From a virus (Duplodnaviria; Caudoviricetes), in IMG/VR virus record IMGVR_UViG_3300009169_000021, positions 1,885 to 65,884 of that record: DNA of 64,000 nt; one strand, 5' to 3'. Under the pieces are notes generated by a model. It worked only from the letters and a program-made list of their open reading frames with translations. It searched no databases and was not told the origin of the DNA. A program made the position numbers and the translations under genes. This document shows, piece after piece, positions 1 through 8,162 of the stretch (the first letter of the stretch is position 1; each line of letters begins with the position of its first letter).

Positions 1-281
1 AGTTTGAGAATGATGAACAGGCAAGATATTATGGAAAATTTTTAAAAGACTATTATGGTATAGAAATAGAAGAATGGATAAGGCTTATGAAATTACCTAA
101 AAATAATTTCATCCGCAAATCAGAACTTCAACAGCTTGTTAATGAAGTGGAAGATATGATTGAAATGTTTAATAGAATAGTGGAACCTGTTAGTCAAATA
201 AATGTAAAATCTTTTCAAATTCTTATTAAGGGCTTTCAAACTCTGAAAAAAGAAGTTAATAGACTTGGAGGAAATGTATGA
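1..281 (+). CDS. hypothetical protein, 5'-truncated
   Basis: The frame of ORF 87..281 stays open back to the window start (FENDEQARYYGKFLKDYYG...), so the gene probably begins outside the window. Confidence 0.55.
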   Translation, partial: FENDEQARYYGKFLKDYYGIEIEEWIRLMKLPKNNFIRKSELQQLVNEVEDMIEMFNRIVEPVSQINVKSFQILIKGFQTLKKEVNRLGGNV

Positions 282-372
282 CAATATTAAATTTTGTAAT
301 ACAAAAAGTTTCATTTGATTGGGGATGGTATACAGGAGATATTTTTTCATTGATAAATATAGGGTAAAGTAA

Positions 373-666
373 ATGAAATATAGGGTAATATTTCGAATTT
401 CATTATATAAAAAAGATTCTCCAAGTGAATTGTTTCGGGATATAAAACTAGATTATCATATACGTAGTATTTGGATTCCTCAAACATTAGGGGATCAAGT
501 GTGGATGGGTTTTGAATTTAAAAATGAATTAGATAAATATAAATATATTAAACAAATTGAAACTTACACATGGAATAATCCAGAACCATTTAATCCAAGT
601 AATATAGAAACATGGAAATTGATAGATTATATGATGACTGAAGAACAGATATCATTATGGTTATAA
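373..666 (+). CDS. hypothetical protein
   Basis: 97-aa ORF in a tightly packed + strand run; AGGGT upstream. Confidence 0.6.
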   Translation: MKYRVIFRISLYKKDSPSELFRDIKLDYHIRSIWIPQTLGDQVWMGFEFKNELDKYKYIKQIETYTWNNPEPFNPSNIETWKLIDYMMTEEQISLWL

Positions 667-682
667 TTCTAAGGAGAATGAT

Positions 683-886
683 ATGAGTAAATGGAAAAAA
701 TATCCAGATAATATTCCAGAACCAAATAAAACATTAAAAGTAATTCATTCAGATAGATATGAAGGTTATGCTTATCTTTGTGGACACTGTAAAAAAGAAT
801 GGAGATGTGTTATATTGGGTGGAGGACTTGCAATAGATGTAATTAAATGGGGTATCATGTTGATTAACTTAATCCCCTTATTATAA
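683..886 (+). CDS. small phage protein, DUF551-like N-terminus
   Basis: AAGGAG RBS; MSKWKKYPDNIPE resembles the W-x-S/K-x-x-D/E-x-L/I-P start of DUF551 proteins. Confidence 0.45.
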   Translation: MSKWKKYPDNIPEPNKTLKVIHSDRYEGYAYLCGHCKKEWRCVILGGGLAIDVIKWGIMLINLIPLL

Positions 887-903
887 GCATTATAATACTT
901 TTC

Positions 904-910
904 TACTAAT
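904..910 (+). promoter_or_regulatory. putative late promoter TACTAAT
   Basis: Intergenic copy of a motif also found before the portal, sheath, tape measure and baseplate genes. Confidence 0.6.
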
Positions 911-945
911 ATAAAAAAATATATAATTAGAGGAGAATTATAATT

Positions 946-1485
946 ATGGCTGTACAATCGTTTCGTAAGGAATATACATATCGATATAAACTAACAGAAA
1001 AATGTATAAGTGATTCAATGCAAATAGCAGGAATAAATCTAACAAAAGATTGGATAGATTTTAAAGTAGTGAAAGAAGTACTTAATTCCTTTATACACAC
1101 ACCAGCAAATCTTTCTGGTATACTAGACTTTGAAAAAAAAGATCTACTTACAAATGAAATAGTTCAACAATCACAATGGGAAGGAGATATACCTGAAATA
1201 ATTTCAAGAGAAACTCTATATGCAATGGAAAGACATGAACTTGTCCCTATAGCAAAATATTATCTTATAGATTGTGTAAATAAAGATGCTAAAATGTTAG
1301 TAAAACTTATTATAGACTTTCAAACTAAAAGAATAGAAGATGAACAATCTCAATTAAAATTAGAAAAGGATATTATAAAAAAAGAAAATATAGAAAAAGA
1401 ACTTACTAATAATAAATTAACTGAAGCTATTTCTGATGATGTAGTAGAAAGAAATAATGGTTTTTTTGGATTTGGTAGAAAATAG
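946..1485 (+). CDS. hypothetical late protein
   Basis: GAGGAG RBS; 179 aa with a charged C-terminal coiled coil. Confidence 0.7.
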   Translation: MAVQSFRKEYTYRYKLTEKCISDSMQIAGINLTKDWIDFKVVKEVLNSFIHTPANLSGILDFEKKDLLTNEIVQQSQWEGDIPEIISRETLYAMERHELVPIAKYYLIDCVNKDAKMLVKLIIDFQTKRIEDEQSQLKLEKDIIKKENIEKELTNNKLTEAISDDVVERNNGFFGFGRK

Positions 1486-1618
1486 AGGTTTATTATGATT
1501 GATAAAAATAAATTCAAAGAAAGTCTTACTCATCCAAAATTACCTAAAATGACTTTAGAAAAAATAGTTTCAATGGAGAGTACTATTACAAATTTCATCA
1601 CTAAATAGGTATAATATT

Positions 1619-1996
1619 ATGAGTAATAATTTTCTTGAAGATTGTATATTAGAATGGGGAATAAAAGCATCTATTATAAATAAAACTTATAAAGAAGCAT
1701 TATATGAAGCTAATCATTTTAATAAAAAACATGATCTATCTTACATAAAAGAGTGTATGTCTATTATACTTGATAGAGGTCATTCACTTTTTGTAGATAA
1801 ATTTATAGAATCTAAACACTATAATCTAAAAAAATTCATTGAAGAACTATATGATGAACCTGTTTCAGAAGAGATCATGTCCACTGATTTTGCTCCTGAT
1901 TCAAAGCCTCAAGGTGGACATAAATATTATACAGATATGGAACTAGTTGTATCAGATGAAAATCAAGATGAAAATAATAGAGAGGCTTCAATCTAG
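1619..1996 (+). CDS. hypothetical protein, possibly head-associated
   Basis: AGGT RBS; acidic C-terminus; sits in the head/neck gene cluster. Confidence 0.6.
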   Translation: MSNNFLEDCILEWGIKASIINKTYKEALYEANHFNKKHDLSYIKECMSIILDRGHSLFVDKFIESKHYNLKKFIEELYDEPVSEEIMSTDFAPDSKPQGGHKYYTDMELVVSDENQDENNREASI

Positions 1997-2736
1997 TGCA
2001 AAGATATACTCCATTTTTTAATGATATTTTTTCTATTCCTAGTATATCAGATAAAACTTTTAATGAAGCTGTTTTTAGAACAGACAAATATTCTAAAATT
2101 TTATATGATTATATAGGAAATATTATAGAAGAGAATAAAAATTCAATTTTAAAATATGATTATCAAATTTGTTCTTTATTAACATCTAAATTTAATAAAT
2201 ATAATATTATTTTTGTACCATCTGGTACATACAAGAATAATGGTATATTATCTGGAATAAATGAAATGGATGCTGGTACTAATTCTTTAATAATTAGAAT
2301 ATCTTGTGCTTTAAATATTGGGGAATTATTCAAGAATAAAAATTTACAGCTATATTTTTTAAGAGATTTTAAAGAATTGATTTCTCATGAATTAGTTCAT
2401 AGAGCACAATATATAGGGGTAAAGGATATAAAACTTGAGAAAGATATAAATAAATATTTTCCTCAAAATCCACCACCCAAATATTATAAAATGAAATTTG
2501 AGATTATGGGATATGCTTGTCAAGTAGTAGAGGAATTGAGAATAAAAGGATTATCCGATGAAAATATTTTATCTTTTATAAAAAATAGAGAATCTTTTAA
2601 AAATTATAATTGTAATATATATGATTTTTATTTAAAGAATTTTAAAAATACCAAAACTTTTATGAAATTTACAAAGTATATATATGAATATTTAAAAGGT
2701 GATTTATCAAAAAATATTATAGAGATAGGTAAATAA
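1996..2736 (+). CDS. putative zincin-like (HExxH) metallopeptidase
   Basis: HELVH plus downstream E-I-M-G-Y-A (candidate third ligand); paralogue of 4334..5050. Confidence 0.6.
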   Translation: MQRYTPFFNDIFSIPSISDKTFNEAVFRTDKYSKILYDYIGNIIEENKNSILKYDYQICSLLTSKFNKYNIIFVPSGTYKNNGILSGINEMDAGTNSLIIRISCALNIGELFKNKNLQLYFLRDFKELISHELVHRAQYIGVKDIKLEKDINKYFPQNPPPKYYKMKFEIMGYACQVVEELRIKGLSDENILSFIKNRESFKNYNCNIYDFYLKNFKNTKTFMKFTKYIYEYLKGDLSKNIIEIGK

Positions 2737-2737
2737 T

Positions 2738-3775
2738 GTGCCTGTAAGATATTATCAAGATTCGGTTTTTTATCCTTATGCAGTAGAGGCTGTTCTTAAC
2801 AGAATAAAATTATATTTTTGTAATATGATATATCCTACTGAAGATTATGCAACACAAAGCTCAAAAAGATTTATATTAGCAGATGTAAGTGATGATGGAA
2901 ATGCAATACGAAGAAGTATTGACGTCTTTAAAAATTCACAAGGAACTTTTCCATTTACAGCTTACAATATATCGGACGACGCTCCTTTGGATTATCGCTC
3001 ACATTTACAAGTATCTGGTTCTTATTATTCAGAGTTAGTAAATGCTTACATAAGTTTTGTTCCAATGAATTTAGATATCCCTATGACTACATACTATACT
3101 ACTCCTTATGATTTCTGGAGAGCGATGTCATTTTTTGCCGTTGATGAGGCTTCTTTAACAAGACTAGATGTTCCCCTAATTATAAATGGAGTTGAATGTT
3201 ATTTTACTATAGATTTAGCATATACTACTGAACGAGGACAATTAGCTTGGGATATTGAGCAATATTTTTCAGTAGGTCGTATATATCCTTTAATACATAA
3301 TATAACCGTTAAATGTGCTTATATAGTTCTAGCTAATAATAATAATGGTGATAAATTTACAGGAACTCTTGTTTATCCAGTTGATGATATAATATTTTAC
3401 CTAAAGAGATTAGATGATGCTAAGAATCTTGATCAAAATCCAACTATAGATACAGCATATTCTCCAGATACTCCTGCTGTAATATCCTCAATACCTTTAA
3501 GTGGTGCTACTGGAATATTAACAACATCTTCTATAGTATTAACTTTTAATAATTGTATGAATGAAACATCTGTTATAAATGCTCTTGATATAGTTCCTTA
3601 TATGGATAAAGATATGACTTTTGATATGTCATCTAAAATACTTACAATAACACCTAGATCTAATATGACAGTTTCTACATCATATAACATACTAATAAAC
3701 GATACTGCTAAGGATGGTAATGGATTATTTTTTGAAACTGATTATAACCTAACTTTTACAACTGGTATATTATAA
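2738..3775 (+). CDS. virion protein with C-terminal Ig-like (Big_5/SbsA) domain; possible neck/tail-completion protein
   Basis: C-terminal PAVISSIPLSGATGI...IVLTFN...LTITP...Y.ILI...KD..G...TFTT is a Big_5 pattern; N-terminal role inferred from position only. Confidence 0.55.
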   Translation: MPVRYYQDSVFYPYAVEAVLNRIKLYFCNMIYPTEDYATQSSKRFILADVSDDGNAIRRSIDVFKNSQGTFPFTAYNISDDAPLDYRSHLQVSGSYYSELVNAYISFVPMNLDIPMTTYYTTPYDFWRAMSFFAVDEASLTRLDVPLIINGVECYFTIDLAYTTERGQLAWDIEQYFSVGRIYPLIHNITVKCAYIVLANNNNGDKFTGTLVYPVDDIIFYLKRLDDAKNLDQNPTIDTAYSPDTPAVISSIPLSGATGILTTSSIVLTFNNCMNETSVINALDIVPYMDKDMTFDMSSKILTITPRSNMTVSTSYNILINDTAKDGNGLFFETDYNLTFTTGIL

Positions 3776-4315
3776 ATGGCAGAATCAATAATAGATAAAC
3801 TTTCTAAATCATTATCACCTATATATAGACAACTCCAAGATTTCAAAGTTGGAATTTTATTAGGAACATCTATAAAGGTATTAAGAATTTCTACGTCTAC
3901 TCCAGATGTAATGGGAGAAACACAAGAAACTCTTATAAGTTCAGTATTAGATAATGTTATAATTACTCATCCTTATGCAGGAAAAGTTCAAATATTTGAA
4001 AGCTATTCAGATATCACTAAACAAGTTTCCGGGGGAAGTATTGACGTCTGGGACATACTTCCAATCAATATGCAAGTACTTTTTACTGGTGACTTTACTA
4101 CTGAAGCTATATCAGTAAAAAGAGGGGATCTAATTATAGAGATACTCAAAGATGGAAAAGGAAATAAACTACCTCTTATTATGCAAATAGAAAAAGTCTT
4201 TGGAGCTTTTTTGGTTAAAAATCTTGTAGCAAGAAATTATGAATTATCTCTTTATAGAGGACAATTAACTTCTGCTATACAAAATGCACTTAATGTTTTT
4301 CTTTTAGAAAGTTAA
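3776..4315 (+). CDS. putative neck/head-closure protein
   Basis: 179 aa, beta-rich, abuts the upstream virion gene; function inferred from context. Confidence 0.35.
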   Translation: MAESIIDKLSKSLSPIYRQLQDFKVGILLGTSIKVLRISTSTPDVMGETQETLISSVLDNVIITHPYAGKVQIFESYSDITKQVSGGSIDVWDILPINMQVLFTGDFTTEAISVKRGDLIIEILKDGKGNKLPLIMQIEKVFGAFLVKNLVARNYELSLYRGQLTSAIQNALNVFLLES

Positions 4316-4333
4316 TACGTACTAGATAATTAA

Positions 4334-5050
4334 ATGAAAAGATATAAAAGAAAATTTGAAGATCAAAGTACTGATAAAGAATCTATTATGGAATATACTT
4401 CTAAGATGTATGAGATGGTATTACATCCTAATAATTATGTAAATTTAATGAAAGACAAATTAAATTTATTTTATAATAAAAATGATTTTATGGATTTAAA
4501 AGATTTGATTATTTCTTTAAACAGTTATTTTTTAAATGAAAAAATAGAATTTAAAAAATCACCTTTAGTAGAACCTTTTGGTAATGGTTTATTAAAAGGT
4601 GGCTATCAACCTAAAACAGGTACAATATATCTATTCTATGATAATAATATAATAGATAGTTTTAAATTACAAAATAATAAAAATTTAAATACAGATTTTA
4701 AATGGTTTCTTGAAACTTTTGAAGAATTACTTGGACATGAAGTAGTTCATAGACTACAATTTTTAAAAGACAACATAAAAAAAATTGGTGTAATGTCTGA
4801 CAAAAATGAAAAAGAATACTTAGCTCAACCGAAAGAAGTAATGGCTTATGCATGGCAAATAGTCCAGACATTTAAAATGTATAAATATGATAATGAGTTT
4901 ATTAGATTTATATTAAAAGATAGAGAAGATACAGAATCATTAAAGAATATAAATTATATCCCCATGTTCAAAAAATATTATAATTATTTCCCTAAAAATT
5001 CCAATGTTATAAAGTTATTATATAAGTACATATATTTATATACAGAATGA
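4334..5050 (+). CDS. putative zincin-like (HExxH) metallopeptidase
   Basis: HEVVH plus EVMAYA; N-terminal MKRYKRKFE; paralogue of 1996..2736. Confidence 0.6.
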   Translation: MKRYKRKFEDQSTDKESIMEYTSKMYEMVLHPNNYVNLMKDKLNLFYNKNDFMDLKDLIISLNSYFLNEKIEFKKSPLVEPFGNGLLKGGYQPKTGTIYLFYDNNIIDSFKLQNNKNLNTDFKWFLETFEELLGHEVVHRLQFLKDNIKKIGVMSDKNEKEYLAQPKEVMAYAWQIVQTFKMYKYDNEFIRFILKDREDTESLKNINYIPMFKKYYNYFPKNSNVIKLLYKYIYLYTE

Positions 5051-5057
5051 GGATTAA

Positions 5058-5354
5058 ATGAAGAGATATAAACCCTTTAAAGAGACGGTAAAAACTATTG
5101 AAGAACTTTTTCATGGAACTGAATTTGTAGTTAATTTCTATATAAGAACTTCTCCAGAAGATAAAGAAAAATTAAATATGATTGATTGTGTAGATAGTAT
5201 CAAAGAATATTCTAAAAACCAAGCAAATTTAGTTATAAAAGTTGTATGTAAAGGATATGATCATATTATTCAAGTGAATAGAGAAATAACAAATATTATT
5301 GGTAAAAACAATATCATTAAGATAGAAATGATAAATCCAGATTTCTCAATATAA
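5058..5354 (+). CDS. putative internal head protein
   Basis: GAGGA RBS; N-terminal MKRYKPFKE motif shared with neighbouring genes. Confidence 0.45.
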   Translation: MKRYKPFKETVKTIEELFHGTEFVVNFYIRTSPEDKEKLNMIDCVDSIKEYSKNQANLVIKVVCKGYDHIIQVNREITNIIGKNNIIKIEMINPDFSI

Positions 5355-5369
5355 TAAATAATTATTAAA

Positions 5370-5384
5370 ATTAGTAATACTAAT
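5370..5384. promoter_or_regulatory. putative late promoter in palindromic form ATTAGTA-A-TACTAAT
   Basis: TACTAAT at 5378-5384 with an inverted copy 1 nt upstream. Confidence 0.55.
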
Positions 5385-5422
5385 ATAAAAAATGATAACA
5401 ATCTAAAAGAGGTATAAAACCG

Positions 5423-5896
5423 ATGAAAAAATTCCAACCTTACAAGCCTTTATTTGAACAAGAAAAATCTCCTAAAGATACTAAAAAGAATCTTGAGAGA
5501 GCATTAAAAGAGCTTTACAAAATTAAAAAATCTCTAAGAAAAATGAAAGAAGAAGATGAAATGGATGCTTCTACAATAGAAGATACTGTCGATTCAATTA
5601 GCGATATAGTATCTAATGTTATTGATGAAGTAGGCGCAGCTTCTCCTGTAGTAGATACTCTTATTGATGCAGCTAAAACACTTGATTCTAGTTCAGATGA
5701 AGAAGAATTTGATTTTGAAGAATCAGAAGACGATGATGAAGATGATGAAGACAAAATGGAAGAATCAGATGATGAAGACGAAGATGATAAAGAAGAAGTA
5801 AAAGAAGCTGATGAAGATTCTGAAAAAGATGACAAAGAAGATGAAGATGAAGATGAAAAGAAGGCTGAAGCTTGTAAAAAACCTAAAAAGAAGTAA
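5423..5896 (+). CDS. highly acidic putative prohead core/scaffold-like protein
   Basis: Long D/E tract; repeated x-E-E-S / V-K-E-A motifs; late motif upstream and terminator downstream. Confidence 0.5.
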   Translation: MKKFQPYKPLFEQEKSPKDTKKNLERALKELYKIKKSLRKMKEEDEMDASTIEDTVDSISDIVSNVIDEVGAASPVVDTLIDAAKTLDSSSDEEEFDFEESEDDDEDDEDKMEESDDEDEDDKEEVKEADEDSEKDDKEDEDEDEKKAEACKKPKKK

Positions 5897-5910
5897 TAAT
5901 TAGTTAATAG

Positions 5911-5952
5911 TCAGTCTAGTATTATAATAGATACTAGACTGATTTATTTTTT
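5911..5952 (+). terminator. Rho-independent terminator
   Basis: 12-bp perfect stem TCAGTCTAGTAT/ATACTAGACTGA, 8-nt loop, then a T tract. Confidence 0.8.
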
Positions 5953-6100
5953 AAAACCTTAGATAGATTTGACGGTTGATAAGATGTAAGAAATCTTACC
6001 TTTCTTATATTTTCTAAGGTTTTAAAAAATATATTTTATTTTTGGATTTACTAATATAATACAGAAAGCGTCAACTTTCTAAAAATTAAATGGTAAGAGG
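5945..6100 (+). ncRNA. putative structured RNA/leader upstream of endonuclease gene
   Basis: 19-bp perfect stem 5945-5963/6013-6031 with nested stems; second hairpin 6063-6080 whose loop CGTCAA is complementary to TTGACG at 5969-5974. Confidence 0.4.
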
Positions 6101-6109
6101 TAGTAGAAA

Positions 6110-7189
6110 ATGGAAGAAGCAAATAAAGTTATTTGTCAAATTTGTGGTAAAGATTATAATTCTTATAGAGGCTTTGGTTTGCATTTATTTAAATCCCATC
6201 CTAATATTTCAAAAAAAGATTACTATGATAATCATATCAAAAAAGATCCTATAGAAGGCATATGTAAAACATGTAATATTAATAGAACTAGATTTGTATC
6301 TATATTTAAAGGTTATTTAGATGGATGTGATGATTATAAATGTATATTAATTAGAAGAACTAAAACATGCTTTGATTTATATGGGGTATATTATACAGGA
6401 CAAATACCTGAAAAAATTCATAAAACAGTAGAAACATGGGGGTTAAAATCTAAGGAGGATATACAAAATAGTTCTATTAAAATGTATAACTCAAAAATAA
6501 ACAATATAGACGAAAATGGATTAAATAGTTTTCAACGGCAACAAATAAATTGTATGAAAACTTGTTTAGAAAAATATGGGGTAGATAATGTAAGAAAAGC
6601 AGAAGAAATAAAAGATACAATAAAACAAGTGGTGTATGATAGATATGGAGAAGATAATTTTTTTAAGACGGGTATATTTCAGGAAATAAGCAGAGAGACC
6701 AAAGAAAAAAAACATGGTGATCCTACATTTAACAATAGACCTCAAGCAGCTTTAACATGCTTATCACGTTATGGTGTTCCAAGTCCAGGGATGATACATA
6801 ATACACATTATTCTAAAATATCCCAAGAATTTTGTAAATTACTTTATGAAAATTTAGATATAGAATTTCAGAAATACTCATATTTTGCTGGAAACAAAGA
6901 TGAAATCTGGATAAGATATGTAGATAATAATCGTAATAATTATTATTTTTATGATTTTTGTTTATGGAATAAAAAAATAATTATAGAGTTTCAAGGAGAT
7001 TACTGGCATAGAAATCCACAAACTTATGAATATAATTTAGAAAATCTTTCAATTTGGCTAAAAGATGATCATAAAAAAGAAGTTGCGGAAGAGAATGGAT
7101 TTACAATTTTGTATGTTTGGGAAAGTGATTATAAAAATGACAAAGAAAAAATAATAAAAAATTGTTTAGATTTTATTTCCTCTAATTAA
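6110..7189 (+). CDS. free-standing homing-type endonuclease (C2H2 Zn finger, KYG repeats, Vsr/DUF559-like nuclease)
   Basis: CQICG...HLFKSH; TCLEKYGVDN-type repeats; C-terminal YDF...IIIEFQGDYWH...D..K...A...GF.ILYVWESD. Confidence 0.8.
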   Translation: MEEANKVICQICGKDYNSYRGFGLHLFKSHPNISKKDYYDNHIKKDPIEGICKTCNINRTRFVSIFKGYLDGCDDYKCILIRRTKTCFDLYGVYYTGQIPEKIHKTVETWGLKSKEDIQNSSIKMYNSKINNIDENGLNSFQRQQINCMKTCLEKYGVDNVRKAEEIKDTIKQVVYDRYGEDNFFKTGIFQEISRETKEKKHGDPTFNNRPQAALTCLSRYGVPSPGMIHNTHYSKISQEFCKLLYENLDIEFQKYSYFAGNKDEIWIRYVDNNRNNYYFYDFCLWNKKIIIEFQGDYWHRNPQTYEYNLENLSIWLKDDHKKEVAEENGFTILYVWESDYKNDKEKIIKNCLDFISSN

Positions 7190-7810
7190 AAAGGAAACAA
7201 TGGAGCCACCGTTAGTTTGTAACATTCTTACAAGAAAATGCTGTAAAATAAACCAAAAATGTTTATCTGCAAAAATCTTTCCTTTAGGATTAGTTTTTAT
7301 TGGTGGACGATTTGCATAACATCTCCCAAATAATAAATTATGTTGTCTAAGTACAAATTCCTGCTCGAAAAAAAAGCCCATTTGTATACCATTTCTAATA
7401 TTCTTTTCGGCTACTTGTTGAGAAGACATTCCTGGTTTTGAGAAGATGGGTTTTTTAAGAGAGCCAGTTCTCCATTTGAACGTCGAATTGATGCCTAATT
7501 CAATCGAGTGAATAATTATCGTGATCGGATATTTATGTATTTTAATATTATCAGTTTTTTTATAACTTTTAGGATCTGTACGACAAATAAAATCAATTCT
7601 TACATCTCTACCCGACTGTTCCCATTTTTTGGCGGATTGATTATAATTATAATTATTTCTTAAAGTTATTTTTGCATTAAGAACGTCTATATTAGATCTT
7701 TTAGCTTTATCATCACCTGCTTTGGATTTATAATATTGATGACTCATTCTAATTATATCTTTAATTGTGAATCCCGATGATTTTGTTAATCTGTTTGATT
7801 GATCTGTCAT
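7166..7810 (-). CDS. basic hypothetical protein with degenerate SWIM-like C-terminal motif
   Basis: F.F...L....L.G....RPP..TNP......DKH resembles a phage SWIM-type motif that normally ends in CKH. Confidence 0.4.
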   Translation of the reverse strand: MTDQSNRLTKSSGFTIKDIIRMSHQYYKSKAGDDKAKRSNIDVLNAKITLRNNYNYNQSAKKWEQSGRDVRIDFICRTDPKSYKKTDNIKIHKYPITIIIHSIELGINSTFKWRTGSLKKPIFSKPGMSSQQVAEKNIRNGIQMGFFFEQEFVLRQHNLLFGRCYANRPPIKTNPKGKIFADKHFWFILQHFLVRMLQTNGGSIVSFLIRGNKI

Positions 7811-8110
7811 CTACTTACCTATATTTCCTTTAACTTTATTTACAAGAGTATAAAAATACATATAATCTATACATCCCTCAAACCATTCAGTGGAACATTG
7901 TGTAATACATTTTCTAAAATTATTTTTAAGTAATTCCCAATGAACTAGTTTTTCATATCTTTTTTCCGGTACTTCTATATGAGCGATATATTCAACATCA
8001 AGAGAATGTGTTTGATATTGTTTCGCTCTTGCTCTAGGATGAGTAGTGAATCCTATTTTGAATTTAGAATTATCTCTTGCTTTCACAAGATAAACATAGT
8101 TCATTTCCAC
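7811..8110 (-). CDS. GIY-YIG superfamily T5orf172/MUG113-like protein
   Basis: YVYLV...KIGFT..P..R..QYQT...E..VH...EWF. Confidence 0.75.
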   Translation of the reverse strand: MEMNYVYLVKARDNSKFKIGFTTHPRARAKQYQTHSLDVEYIAHIEVPEKRYEKLVHWELLKNNFRKCITQCSTEWFEGCIDYMYFYTLVNKVKGNIGK

Positions 8111-8112
8111 CT

Positions 8113-8150
8113 TGTACTAATTATAAAAATAATTTTAAATTATTAGTACA
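8113..8150. promoter_or_regulatory. divergent pair of putative late promoters
   Basis: TGTACTAAT (8113-8121) and its inverse ATTAGTACA (8142-8150) between divergent genes. Confidence 0.55.
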
Positions 8151-8162
8151 GGAAATATTATA

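Noticed and set aside
5515-5835. Ser-rich minus-strand ORF
   Set aside because: Antisense shadow of the GAA/GAT-rich acidic gene.
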